The notes beneath the pieces are model-generated. The model did no database searches. It was not told the origin of the DNA and worked only from the letters and a program-made list of their open reading frames with translations. Of a stretch of 64,000 nt of DNA, positions 18,323 through 27,337 are shown in pieces. Made by a program: the position numbers and the translations under genes. Positions within the stretch are counted from its first letter, which is position 1. Every line of letters starts with the position of its first letter. The stretch lies in sequence record PZ452595.1; one strand, 5' to 3'. The stretch is from a phage.

Positions 18323-18925
18323 TTATAGATTAAATCCTTCAAATTCAAGAGTATAGATAGTGTATGTTGAATACTTTTTGTACTCATATCTATCTGCAAT
18401 TCTAAATACACTTCCAGCTGGTATCATTACTTCTTGTTCATCTGAAACTAATTCCATATTACGATAACGATGGCTATCCGGAAACTTAAAGTTTGGATTG
18501 TATTCTTTACAGCGTAGAGCTTTTATAGCATACTCCTGGAAATTGAATACCATAGGAGCTTTGAATTCAAAAATAACTTGTGTGTTATACTCTAAACCAG
18601 AAGCAAAATGTAGAGCTATATTTTTATCATATGAAGCTGATACTACTTTATCAAATGTAATAATATCAATTCCTTGATTTAACACCTGCTTAGTCTCAGC
18701 TGGAACACCTCTCCAAAGAGGTTTATCGTTTGGAACCAAACGAGATTTGATTATTTCATTTAACCAAGAATGATCGTCTGGTTTATTAGTAATACAATGA
18801 ATTAAAAGTTCAATTTCAGATAAATTAAACCCTTCAGAAAGTAATTCTTCACGAATAGAAGCACGCACCGATGCATCCATTGATTTTATTTTAAAATCTT
18901 TTAGTTGCATTACTGAGTATTTCAT
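18323..18925 (-). CDS. modA: ModA ADP-ribosyltransferase
   Basis: 200 aa as T4 ModA; tandem with modB. Confidence 0.8.
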   Translation of the reverse strand: MKYSVMQLKDFKIKSMDASVRASIREELLSEGFNLSEIELLIHCITNKPDDHSWLNEIIKSRLVPNDKPLWRGVPAETKQVLNQGIDIITFDKVVSASYDKNIALHFASGLEYNTQVIFEFKAPMVFNFQEYAIKALRCKEYNPNFKFPDSHRYRNMELVSDEQEVMIPAGSVFRIADRYEYKKYSTYTIYTLEFEGFNL

Positions 18926-19545
18926 TCAACTACCTCAATATCATAAACTTTAAATGTTCCAAATGAATCGTGTAATTTTTCTTTTGAAATAGAAGTTATT
19001 CTATACTTTCCAATTGGAATCATCCATTCTTGTTCACGCACAATCATCATTAAGTTATCAGTACGCTCTGAATCTAGCCCATCAGTATCTTCATACGTGT
19101 ACTTAAACTCAGTATTAGGAGAAGAAAGTATAATATCGCTGATATGGTCAGAATAATTAAAAGCTTTATTAGTTTTTAAGCGAAGTATTATTTTAGTAAA
19201 ATATTCAGCGTAAGAAAAAGAACATGCTGTGAGCAAACTAGTAGTAAATGAATCTACTCTATTCGTTGAAAACACTTCTCCAACTTGTAAATCTTTAATA
19301 AGTTCTTCTGTTGATTTTGATATACCACGATATAACTGATAAGGTGATTTAGTTAAATGCTTTTTAATGATTTTATTCAACTGCCGATGAAGAGCTTCAT
19401 TCTTTTTGGCTTCCATACGTTGCCAAAGAACTGACTGCTCAAAGTCAGTAAATTTTTCACAGACCTTTTTATACATATCATATTGAAAATCGACGCTTTC
19501 AGCTTTTATAGATAACTGTTCAACATCTGCAAGATTAATAATCAT
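18922..19545 (-). CDS. modB: ModB ADP-ribosyltransferase
   Basis: 207 aa as T4 ModB; SD GGAGG; early promoter upstream. Confidence 0.8.
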   Translation of the reverse strand: MIINLADVEQLSIKAESVDFQYDMYKKVCEKFTDFEQSVLWQRMEAKKNEALHRQLNKIIKKHLTKSPYQLYRGISKSTEELIKDLQVGEVFSTNRVDSFTTSLLTACSFSYAEYFTKIILRLKTNKAFNYSDHISDIILSSPNTEFKYTYEDTDGLDSERTDNLMMIVREQEWMIPIGKYRITSISKEKLHDSFGTFKVYDIEVVE

Positions 19546-19571
19546 GATAGCCTCCGTATACTTCAGAAGCT

Positions 19572-19601
19572 ATCATATCATCGTTAGAAAGGAAAGTAAA
19601 C
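19572..19601 (-). promoter_or_regulatory. T4-type early promoter upstream of modB
   Basis: GTTTACT - 17 nt - TATGAT. Confidence 0.5.
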
Positions 19602-19612
19602 AACTTTTTGAA

Positions 19613-19795
19613 TTATTTTGCCCAGGGAGCCCAGGGCGGAGGGTCAAGATGGTATGAAGCTAGTTCTTCTAGAAGAGCATCTGGGGCTTCAATTCCATAA
19701 TTCTGTAATACTATACGGTACTCTTTCTTATAATCACTGGAATCATTCTGGTTATTCGTAGAATGATTATCTTCTAACATCTCAAATAAATCCAT
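19613..19795 (-). CDS. hypothetical protein (60 aa)
   Basis: ORF track. Confidence 0.5.
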   Translation of the reverse strand: MDLFEMLEDNHSTNNQNDSSDYKKEYRIVLQNYGIEAPDALLEELASYHLDPPPWAPWAK

Positions 19796-19803
19796 ATTAA
19801 TTC

Positions 19804-20274
19804 CTAGCGATAAAAACCAAATTGACGATTAGCTTCAATAATCTTTCTTTCTTCTTCGGACATTCTCCAGCGTAGTCCAACGTCAAAATGAGCCCAGACC
19901 ATCTTAACAAATGCATTTATATCTTTAATATCTTCAATAATGAATGTTTTACTTTTAAAAGGCTGACTCGCTAATTTAACTTTATCATCTTCAAACAGGT
20001 CAAAAAGACCATATTCATGAGCTCTTTTATAGCCTTTAATAGTTAAAGCTTCAGAAGAAGAAAACGGTGAATCAGTATTCTGCAAAATATCTTCAGTATG
20101 CTTTATAATTAGAATAATATTTTCTGGATATTTTCTTTCTTTTATATCTTTAATTAAAAAATCCGGATTTTCTGCTAAAGGAATAATTAATGAGCATTTT
20201 TTATCAAGTGTATTTACTGATTTACCTTCTTTAGACATAAATTCTATTGAATAATGTTTTGCTACTTCAATCAT
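19804..20274 (-). CDS. hypothetical protein (156 aa)
   Basis: ORF track. Confidence 0.55.
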   Translation of the reverse strand: MIEVAKHYSIEFMSKEGKSVNTLDKKCSLIIPLAENPDFLIKDIKERKYPENIILIIKHTEDILQNTDSPFSSSEALTIKGYKRAHEYGLFDLFEDDKVKLASQPFKSKTFIIEDIKDINAFVKMVWAHFDVGLRWRMSEEERKIIEANRQFGFYR

Positions 20275-20427
20275 GGGATTTCCTTTTGCCTACTAATGGA
20301 CCATCGGGAATTTTGTTTTCCTGGATATATTTCTCATTTTCTTCCATCATTTTACTACCAATTTTAAGAAGCAAATCCAGTGCTTCATTTGCTTTAGCTT
20401 TAGCCTCTTCCAGCGTCATATCTTTGT

Positions 20428-20631
20428 TCACGATTTATCCCCATAGATGTCTCTCATCAATTTAAGCGCTGAGCGTTCTAATTTCTTTTCTTTCTCAGCA
20501 CTAATCATTGATTTCATCCATTCTTCTGATTCGTTCTGCATTTCTTTATTTGCTTGTTCAACCCAACCATCATCAATGTACATTGAGTTTGGTCTATTGA
20601 ACCATTCAAGAATCTTCTTGAGAGCTTTCAT
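20428..20631 (-). CDS. hypothetical protein (67 aa)
   Basis: ORF track. Confidence 0.5.
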   Translation of the reverse strand: MKALKKILEWFNRPNSMYIDDGWVEQANKEMQNESEEWMKSMISAEKEKKLERSALKLMRDIYGDKS

Positions 20632-21091
20632 TTATTTTACCTAAAACAATAGTAGGAGCATCGTCAAATTTATGAATTTTGAGTAAATTTGGATTTAAAT
20701 TATTCCATAAAGAGGTAATAAAATATGATAGCGCATTTTCTTCTGTAATTATAAATTTATTTCCCTTATCTATTTTCCAGTCATATATTGAATCATATGA
20801 ATAGAAGGACAATGGTTTATTATTATAATATGCTTCACTAACATCAATATAGTTAGATTTAGTAAATGCTTGAATTGCCATAAATGGAGAATTTTGTACA
20901 GTTTCAATAATTCCGATCTTTTTAAGTTTTATTTCAACATCTTCTGGAATTGGCATTGAAATAAAATCTTCTACTAGATACATATTATTGTCATATCTTT
21001 TATCAATCATTACTGCTACGGTAATTGGAACATCCTTGACAAACGCCATACTAATACTATTGATAGACATTTCAAACAAAATTGCTTCCAT
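20606..21091 (-). CDS. hypothetical protein (~161 aa)
   Basis: ATG with GAGGAAA SD; track ORF begins at TTG 21124. Confidence 0.5.
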   Translation of the reverse strand: MEAILFEMSINSISMAFVKDVPITVAVMIDKRYDNNMYLVEDFISMPIPEDVEIKLKKIGIIETVQNSPFMAIQAFTKSNYIDVSEAYYNNKPLSFYSYDSIYDWKIDKGNKFIITEENALSYFITSLWNNLNPNLLKIHKFDDAPTIVLGKINESSQEDS

Positions 21092-21099
21092 AATTTTCC

Positions 21100-21441
21100 T
21101 CAATCGCAAGATGTAGATGAACAACTAGAATCACAAGAACTTCCACATGAATCGCCCGTCCATACATGAACAGGAACATTAGTATCATATGAATCAGAAC
21201 TAGACTGTGTTTTCTGTGTGTTAGATGATGTAGTAGGTACTGACCAGCGCCAAGGATTTTTATAATATTCTTGGGCTTCTTCATAAGTCATAGTAACTGC
21301 TTCTACTGTTCCATCTCCCATATAAACATATTCAACTACAGTTAAAGGAAGGTAGTCATTTGAAATAGGAACTACACCTTCCCCAGGAGTCGTAGAGAAA
21401 AAATCCGTAAAGAAACTTTTAAACCAGTTAAAGATAAACAT
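21100..21441 (-). CDS. hypothetical protein (113 aa) with Cys/Ser-rich C-terminus
   Basis: ORF track; C-terminal [15 protein letters not shown]. Confidence 0.55.
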   Translation of the reverse strand: MFIFNWFKSFFTDFFSTTPGEGVVPISNDYLPLTVVEYVYMGDGTVEAVTMTYEEAQEYYKNPWRWSVPTTSSNTQKTQSSSDSYDTNVPVHVWTGDSCGSSCDSSCSSTSCD

Positions 21442-21647
21442 TACAAAAAGCCTCTCTTGAATTCGACTTGCTTTTCGCCATAATCATATCGAATCTCTGC
21501 ATTAAATTCGACAGAACCATCTGCGTACATCATAAATGAATGCACAACAACTTCTGTAGACCATGGTTGTAGTTCATATTTCTTCATTACATGCCGTGAA
21601 ATGATAATATCTAAATCTTCATTTGGTTTAATCCAGCGATTTAACAT
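21441..21647 (-). CDS. hypothetical protein (68 aa)
   Basis: ORF track; SD GAGGAG; early promoter upstream. Confidence 0.55.
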   Translation of the reverse strand: MLNRWIKPNEDLDIIISRHVMKKYELQPWSTEVVVHSFMMYADGSVEFNAEIRYDYGEKQVEFKRGFL

Positions 21648-21673
21648 AGTACTCTCCTCTATAAGATAATTCT

Positions 21674-21703
21674 ATTATACCATACTCATTTTGGAAAGTA
21701 AAC
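21674..21703 (-). promoter_or_regulatory. T4-type early promoter
   Basis: GTTTACT - 17 nt - TATAAT. Confidence 0.6.
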
Positions 21704-21720
21704 CGTTTAAATGAAAAAAA

Positions 21721-21738
21721 GGACTCCCGAAGGAGTCC
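21721..21738 (-). terminator. UUCG-tetraloop hairpin after soc
   Basis: ggactcccgaaggagtcc. Confidence 0.55.
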
Positions 21739-21744
21739 TTGAAT

Positions 21745-21990
21745 TTATTCACCAGTTACTTTCCACAAATCTTCATTTGCAGCAATCCATTCAGTACGTT
21801 GATTTTCTTCATATACTGTAGAATATGCTGCTTTTTCTGAAGGGAATGTCTGGTAATGAGCACCAGAAATTTTGTGAACGTCAGAGTAAAGAGGGAAAGC
21901 TACGGAAATTTCCTTTCCTTCAATTTTCTTATTTCCATCTAATTTCTGCTCAAATGTTTTAATATTAACATAACCGCGAGTACTAGCCAT
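21745..21990 (-). CDS. soc: Soc, small outer capsid protein
   Basis: 81-aa ORF, MASTRGYVNIKTFEQ...WKVTGE matches T4 Soc; late promoter TATAAATA upstream. Confidence 0.9.
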   Translation of the reverse strand: MASTRGYVNIKTFEQKLDGNKKIEGKEISVAFPLYSDVHKISGAHYQTFPSEKAAYSTVYEENQRTEWIAANEDLWKVTGE

Positions 21991-22020
21991 GTAATTCTCC
22001 TTTTATTTAAATTACATGAT

Positions 22021-22028
22021 TATTTATA
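22021..22028 (-). promoter_or_regulatory. late promoter for soc
   Basis: Minus strand TATAAATA ~30 nt upstream of soc ATG. Confidence 0.6.
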
Positions 22029-22073
22029 ATAAATTCTCGCGGCTTTTAAGTCGTCGTTTAAATAAACGAGCTA

Positions 22074-22592
22074 TTAATAGCCTCGATCTTGACGTGCGAA
22101 ATTTTCGGCATTTTTCAGATAATAAAGTTTAAAGATTTCCTCAGCTGACATTCCAAGAGCAATAAATTTATTCATAAAAAAGTGAAATTGGTCAATCAGT
22201 TCAAATTTAATTTCAAGCTGATCTTCAGGAGATAAGTCTTGAATTTTCTTGGATTGCATTTCAGAATAACGTTTCTTCCAAGGTTTCCATACGGCAGAAG
22301 CTTCTTTTTCACCATTACTCATACCACCAAGAGAAGTATATAGCTCGCGAGTTTCATCTGCGATATAATCGTCTTGGTTTCGCAGCCAAGCAAGAACTTC
22401 TCCTGCGGTTTCAAGTGAATCAGGATGACGATTTGTTTCTGGCTTATCATTAGCCAAACGAATCTGTAAAGACCGCTGCATATCAAGCATAACCTGCAAT
22501 GGGTCTTTTTCATCACCGAGAATATCCCAGTATTCATTTTGAGCTTTATCAACACCTTCGATCAAATGAGCGCATTCATTAAAGTGAGCCAT
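22074..22592 (-). CDS. 56: gp56 dCTPase/dUTPase
   Basis: 172 aa from MAHFNECAHLIEG; track ORF has spurious GTG-initiated extension. Confidence 0.85.
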   Translation of the reverse strand: MAHFNECAHLIEGVDKAQNEYWDILGDEKDPLQVMLDMQRSLQIRLANDKPETNRHPDSLETAGEVLAWLRNQDDYIADETRELYTSLGGMSNGEKEASAVWKPWKKRYSEMQSKKIQDLSPEDQLEIKFELIDQFHFFMNKFIALGMSAEEIFKLYYLKNAENFARQDRGY

Positions 22593-22617
22593 TATTTTTC
22601 CTTTCAATTCATGGGTT

Positions 22618-22641
22618 AGTAGATTAATTATACAATAAATA
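22618..22641 (-). promoter_or_regulatory. MotA-box middle promoter upstream of gene 56
   Basis: TGCTTTA - 11 nt - TATAAT. Confidence 0.5.
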
Positions 22642-22663
22642 TATAAAGCAATAAGGAGGACAT

Positions 22664-22864
22664 ATGGTACAAAAATTAATGGCACTTGTTGATGCCATAA
22701 AAGGTAATAAGAAACGTATAGCTTTTACTATTTCTGCTATGGTAGGAATTTTACTCTGGAACTTTATTCTATCACCTGTTGCGATTGCACATGGTATTAA
22801 TATTCCAGTAGTTACTCTTGATACATTCGTAGATTTAGCATTTGCTTTAGTTGGGTTAATTTAA
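22664..22864 (+). CDS. small predicted membrane protein (66 aa), plus strand
   Basis: Perfect SD AAGGAGGA 6 nt before ATG; hydrophobic core; convergent with gene 61 (stop codons overlap). Confidence 0.5.
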   Translation: MVQKLMALVDAIKGNKKRIAFTISAMVGILLWNFILSPVAIAHGINIPVVTLDTFVDLAFALVGLI

Positions 22865-23889
22865 ATCTTGGCATATTTAGATAGCCGCATTTTAGCCATC
22901 AACCCCTGGGCAATATTATTTTTCATATATTCCATAATTTGTTCAGTGGTTGCACCTTCCTTTCTAATCATATCATTAACATCTTTTGATTTCCAGGGAG
23001 ATTTATCCCAAAACATAACCCTTTCTCCTGCATCAACTAATTTAGTCATTCGCTTAATAGTGTCAGGATGACGAGGTTCATTATCTAAAACCCACACACG
23101 TCTATCTTTAAATGGAACAACTTCTAGGTCTAATTGACCACCCGTAATAGCTATACCATTTTCAATAAAAAGTGAATCTATAGGTCCTTCTAGAACATAT
23201 ACATCACCATCTTTAACTCGTTCTACTCCATAGATTTTTGTTGCCTCAGGATAAGCTTTGATGGTGATATATTTTTGAGGAGCATCTTTCTTTAATGCAC
23301 GTCCTTGAAAAGACTCAGCTTTTCCATTAGCATTATAAATTGGAATAACAAGACGAGGCTCAGAAATTTCCTTTTTATATGTTCCCGGTGCTATACTATT
23401 AACTAATTTAGGCCATTCGGTTGTAAACCAAAGATATTTCCATTTATCCTTTGGAATACAACGAGCTTTTACGTATTTTATAATTGGATGGTCTTCCGCC
23501 AGTTTATCTAATCTAACACATGACGGAAGAGATTTAATTATTTTCTTTTCAGGTTGTTTAGGAAGTTCTTTAAGTTTTTCTACTGGACGGCTTTTACCTT
23601 TTTCTTTTCTTATTTCAAAGATATACTCACGATATAAATCAGGTTCAAACTCCTTTAAATATATTCCGATTGGTGCATGATAGTTACAGTTATAACAATG
23701 AATATTTCCTTCATTATTATCACCATAATACCATCCACGAGCTTTATTTTGGTCGGTTTTTGAATCTCCACAAACAGGGCATCTAAACCGTAATTTAAAA
23801 GTTGAACTATTATTTACTTGTGTGAATTTAGGTAAATGGGCTAATGCACGGTATGCAAACTCATTATCAATCCAAGGTATTGATGACAT
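22861..23889 (-). CDS. 61: gp61 DNA primase
   Basis: 342 aa as T4 gp61; zinc ribbon CPVCGDS...CYNC. Confidence 0.9.
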   Translation of the reverse strand: MSSIPWIDNEFAYRALAHLPKFTQVNNSSTFKLRFRCPVCGDSKTDQNKARGWYYGDNNEGNIHCYNCNYHAPIGIYLKEFEPDLYREYIFEIRKEKGKSRPVEKLKELPKQPEKKIIKSLPSCVRLDKLAEDHPIIKYVKARCIPKDKWKYLWFTTEWPKLVNSIAPGTYKKEISEPRLVIPIYNANGKAESFQGRALKKDAPQKYITIKAYPEATKIYGVERVKDGDVYVLEGPIDSLFIENGIAITGGQLDLEVVPFKDRRVWVLDNEPRHPDTIKRMTKLVDAGERVMFWDKSPWKSKDVNDMIRKEGATTEQIMEYMKNNIAQGLMAKMRLSKYAKI

Positions 23890-23891
23890 TT

Positions 23892-24056
23892 TTACTCTTC
23901 TTTTTCTTTAGATTCCTCTTTTTTCTTTTTAGGAATCTGTTCAGGACCTTTATTTACTACAGCGCCTGATGTTGTTCCAGTAGAGATATTTTCAGGATTA
24001 CCACCTGAATCTCCAGCGACCATATCTTCTTTGATAAATTCTTTATATGTTTTCAT
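23892..24056 (-). CDS. small acidic/lysine-rich protein (~54 aa)
   Basis: Hand-translated MKTYKEFIKEDMVAGDSGGNPEN...; ends 2 nt before gene 61 ATG. Confidence 0.45.
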   Translation of the reverse strand: MKTYKEFIKEDMVAGDSGGNPENISTGTTSGAVVNKGPEQIPKKKKEESKEKEE

Positions 24057-24057
24057 A

Positions 24058-24684
24058 TTAACCTCTATTCATAAAAGCATTAAAAATTTGGTCATCAATA
24101 GAAACATTTACTTTAGACTGTTTTTCAGATGGCAATTCATATCCACATATTACAATTTTATGATCAATATCAAAATACACAGAAGCAATATGATTAATGA
24201 TATTTTCAGTGAAGTCTAAATCAACATCAATGTCTTTTTGACCAAAGCCCAAAGGATAAATAATGCGAGTAATTCGATTATCTTTAACAAAGATTCCACC
24301 GACATACTCTGTGCTGCGTTTAAAGTCTACACGCCGACGAAATGAAAAATATTCAGGCTCTTTATGAGCTCGGCTCATAGGGCACAACGAATAACTAGAA
24401 TAAGAGATGTCAAATCCTACGCCTTCAATATGAACTAAATTGTCATGATTAAACCAATTATAATCGTATGCCAAGTCCATTAGATTGTCATATGTGAAAG
24501 GCACCGGATTAACATCATTGGTCACAAGCATATAATTAGCAACTGCTATAATTTCATTATTTTTAACGAATACAAACCGTGATTGATGCGAATGGCCTGG
24601 ACCTGCGTTTTCACGATTAATGATATAACACTGGGCACCTTTATATGTGTACGTGTCTTTACACTTGTGCATTTGATAAAGCAT
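24058..24684 (-). CDS. hypothetical protein (208 aa) at the T4 61.2 position; candidate AdfA (anti-DarT)
   Basis: Position between 61 and sp; assignment from memory of T4 61.2, not verified. Confidence 0.55.
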   Translation of the reverse strand: MLYQMHKCKDTYTYKGAQCYIINRENAGPGHSHQSRFVFVKNNEIIAVANYMLVTNDVNPVPFTYDNLMDLAYDYNWFNHDNLVHIEGVGFDISYSSYSLCPMSRAHKEPEYFSFRRRVDFKRSTEYVGGIFVKDNRITRIIYPLGFGQKDIDVDLDFTENIINHIASVYFDIDHKIVICGYELPSEKQSKVNVSIDDQIFNAFMNRG

Positions 24685-24977
24685 TATTCACCTACCACTT
24701 CAGCGATGATATTTTTATTATTAAAGTTTTTATCACAATACAGAACATAATTATACTGCATTACACCACCAGACTTAAGCTGTTTTTGCACTTCAGCTTT
24801 CATTTCAGGGCGATCGCGCTCAACGATATTCATAATATCTGCTTCAATTTGAGTTTCAACCTCAGTCTGATCTGCCGTCATAGACCATTCGCACAAATCT
24901 TTATCATAACCTGCCATAGCAGGCTGAGCAGCACAAGAAGCTAAAGCAAAAATTGTAGCAAAGATAAATTTTTTCAT
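24684..24977 (-). CDS. sp: Sp (spackle), periplasmic superinfection-exclusion protein
   Basis: 97 aa with signal peptide MKKFIFATIFALASCAAQPAMA as T4 Sp. Confidence 0.85.
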   Translation of the reverse strand: MKKFIFATIFALASCAAQPAMAGYDKDLCEWSMTADQTEVETQIEADIMNIVERDRPEMKAEVQKQLKSGGVMQYNYVLYCDKNFNNKNIIAEVVGE

Positions 24978-25037
24978 GATAATCTCCTCAGTAGTTTATG
25001 TTTATATAGTATCTCAATTTCCAACAAAAGTAAACAG

Positions 25038-25295
25038 TTATTTTAAAATTTCTGCGTAATCACATGTTACAAACTGTTTCTCTAGCTTAACGATCTTACG
25101 AAAATACCTTTTACACTGACGAATCTGTCGCTTCGTAGGACGTACAGCAAACTTAATAAATTCCACTCGACCAAATGGAGGACTTTCTTCTGCTGGAATA
25201 TCTAACACCAATTCCCACGTATCTGCAATAAGTGCTTTAAATTGTGTATTTTTCCTGACGTTATACGGAGTAGGTTTAAATAAAACAATATGCAT
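25038..25295 (-). CDS. small basic protein (~85 aa) at the T4 61.4 position; candidate TifA
   Basis: ATG with GAGGA SD ending 1 nt before dmd stop; Arg/Lys-rich; assignment by synteny only. Confidence 0.5.
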   Translation of the reverse strand: MHIVLFKPTPYNVRKNTQFKALIADTWELVLDIPAEESPPFGRVEFIKFAVRPTKRQIRQCKRYFRKIVKLEKQFVTCDYAEILK

Positions 25296-25296
25296 A

Positions 25297-25479
25297 TTAT
25301 CCTCGGCAATCCACTTCACATACTTTCTTGTCATCAATGAAAGCTTTAACTAATGCTTTATTAACTTCAGCATACTGAGTAGTAGCCCATTGAACGTCAT
25401 CTTTCATCATTGTGGTTTCTTTAGTAAACATGCTTTCATTCTTAAACCACCCCATAAAAACTACCTTTACCAATTCCAT
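25297..25479 (-). CDS. dmd: Dmd, antitoxin against RnlA/LsoA
   Basis: 60 aa as T4 Dmd; early promoter 25509-25538. Confidence 0.85.
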   Translation of the reverse strand: MELVKVVFMGWFKNESMFTKETTMMKDDVQWATTQYAEVNKALVKAFIDDKKVCEVDCRG

Positions 25480-25508
25480 AACAATCTCCTCATTTAACCA
25501 ACAAGACT

Positions 25509-25538
25509 ACTATACCATAGTCTCGTCAGCTTGTAAAC
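25509..25538 (-). promoter_or_regulatory. T4-type early promoter upstream of dmd
   Basis: GTTTACA - 17 nt - TATAGT. Confidence 0.6.
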
Positions 25539-26965
25539 TAAAATTTTAATTCATTCGCCAAAGCATCTAACTGAGCTCGAGTGGATTCATTTCTTTGATA
25601 GCGATTCTGCTCAGCCTGAATCTGTTGTGAACCTGCTACTTCGTTCACTTCAGTTGGAGTAGAATCTTGTTCAATTTCTACCCATTTCTGATTTCCCTTT
25701 TGAACACCCATCAAAAACTTATTCCACTTATTCTTATCACCATATCGTGATTTGATTTGCTTAATGAGTTGTTGTTCAGCAGCTGCTAGCTCCTCGGTTT
25801 CAATGACCGCAAGCATAAAATCAGCTGTCGCTGGAAGACCAGCAGATTCTGCGATATCACTCATGTTAACATCAGAAGAATCCCAAGCTTGTTTGCCGAC
25901 CTGCGCTGCAGTCCAAAGAACAGTTTCGGTTTCAACAGCCAAAGCACGCAATTCCTCTGCAATAGCTTTAACAGTTGTGTAACTATTTTCTGAATAAACT
26001 CTAATACGGCAAGATTTACAAATACCAAGATAGTCGACAATAATGATTGTTGGAACAAAATTCTTCTTGAGCTTCAATTCGTTTAAAAGTGATCGAAATG
26101 TATTAGCATCTGCTCCACCAGTAGGATACTGTTTAACGATTAAACGCCCGAGAGTAGATTTCTCGCGCCATTTTTCCATTTTTCCTTTATACTCAGCGTA
26201 AGAAATATGCCCATCATCAATATCATCAAGAGAAACATCAAGCATATTAGCATCAATACGCTTAGCACAGACTTCTTCTGCCATTTCCATGGAAATGTAA
26301 AGAACGTTATGACCAAGCTGCAAATAATCTGCTGCCAATGAACACAATCCTAATGACTTACCAACGTTAACGCCAGCCATTAAAACGTTCAGTGTTCCAG
26401 TCTCAGCTCCGCCTTTAGTAATTTTGTTTAGAATTCTGAGTTTAAATGGAACCTTACGAGCTTTATTCATATAAGATAGCCAACGTGCTTCGTAGTCATC
26501 CATCCAGTCATGACCAACGTAGCTATCAAATGAAATTGATAATGCTTGCCGCATAATGTCAGGAATAGCACCAACATCCGGCATTTTCTTATTTCGTTTT
26601 TCCGGAGGAAGCTCAGCATTAGTTTGAATTTCGATTATTTTAGATGTAGCATTAAACATCGCCCTTTGCTGAACATATTTTTCTGTTTCTTTTACTAACC
26701 AGCTGTGGTCTTCCGGAGAATCAGCCAGTTTTGAAATAAGTGTTTTTACACCAGAATATTCTGTTTCAGTAAATGAACTATTTTCTAATGCAACATTTAA
26801 CGCATTAATAGATGGAACGCTATGATACTCATTGACATGAGATTTAATTAATTTGAATGTATTTTTAGCTGGACCACTTTCAAAATATTCTGAATCCATA
26901 TATGGCCAAACTTTTGAAAAATAAGCTTGATCAAATATGAGATGAGAAAGAATAATTTCTACCAC
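25538..26965 (-). CDS. 41: gp41 replicative DNA helicase
   Basis: 475 aa as T4 gp41; Walker A GVNVGKS. Confidence 0.9.
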   Translation of the reverse strand: MVEIILSHLIFDQAYFSKVWPYMDSEYFESGPAKNTFKLIKSHVNEYHSVPSINALNVALENSSFTETEYSGVKTLISKLADSPEDHSWLVKETEKYVQQRAMFNATSKIIEIQTNAELPPEKRNKKMPDVGAIPDIMRQALSISFDSYVGHDWMDDYEARWLSYMNKARKVPFKLRILNKITKGGAETGTLNVLMAGVNVGKSLGLCSLAADYLQLGHNVLYISMEMAEEVCAKRIDANMLDVSLDDIDDGHISYAEYKGKMEKWREKSTLGRLIVKQYPTGGADANTFRSLLNELKLKKNFVPTIIIVDYLGICKSCRIRVYSENSYTTVKAIAEELRALAVETETVLWTAAQVGKQAWDSSDVNMSDIAESAGLPATADFMLAVIETEELAAAEQQLIKQIKSRYGDKNKWNKFLMGVQKGNQKWVEIEQDSTPTEVNEVAGSQQIQAEQNRYQRNESTRAQLDALANELKF

Positions 26966-26974
26966 ACTTACTCC

Positions 26975-27337
26975 TTAAAAGAATTTAAATTTTTTCTTTG
27001 ACCTTTTATTAAATGCATCTTGTAGTTGCATTGTAATACATTTTTCTACATGAGGAGCTAACTCAGCTTTTCTTTCTTGGTCAAGAACAGCAAAGTCCAT
27101 TACAACCTTTCCATCAACCCAATCCAGTTTAGTTACATACACTATATGTGTAGAACCATCTTCTAGTTTAATGACAATCTCCTGGATAACATTTTCCATA
27201 GCAGATTTAATTATCTTAAGAGACTCATTAAAAAGACGTTCTTTTCTTTCTTCTTCCCCCTCCGAAGAGGGGGATTCATCGATAATTTCTAGATCTAAAT
27301 CTAAATCATCTTTATTCATTAAATTCTTCCATATCAC
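26975..27337 (-). CDS. 40: gp40-like protein (120 aa)
   Basis: Position between uvsX and 41 as T4 gene 40; acidic N-terminus. Confidence 0.65.
   Translation of the reverse strand: MIWKNLMNKDDLDLDLEIIDESPSSEGEEERKERLFNESLKIIKSAMENVIQEIVIKLEDGSTHIVYVTKLDWVDGKVVMDFAVLDQERKAELAPHVEKCITMQLQDAFNKRSKKKFKFF
27256..27273 (-). terminator. UUCG-tetraloop hairpin inside gene 40 coding sequence, just 3' of uvsX
   Basis: ccccctccgaagaggggg; 7-bp GC stem within codons ESPSSEGEE. Confidence 0.45.

Noticed and set aside
21072-21284. 70-aa minus-strand ORF overlapping 21100..21441 in another frame
   Set aside because: Fully nested in a better ORF; histidine/leucine-rich low-complexity translation; no RBS.
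22593-22685. Possibility that gp56 is 203 aa with a hydrophobic N-terminal extension
   Set aside because: Extension starts at GTG, overlaps the MotA-box promoter and the plus-strand ORF RBS; T4 gp56 begins at the internal Met.
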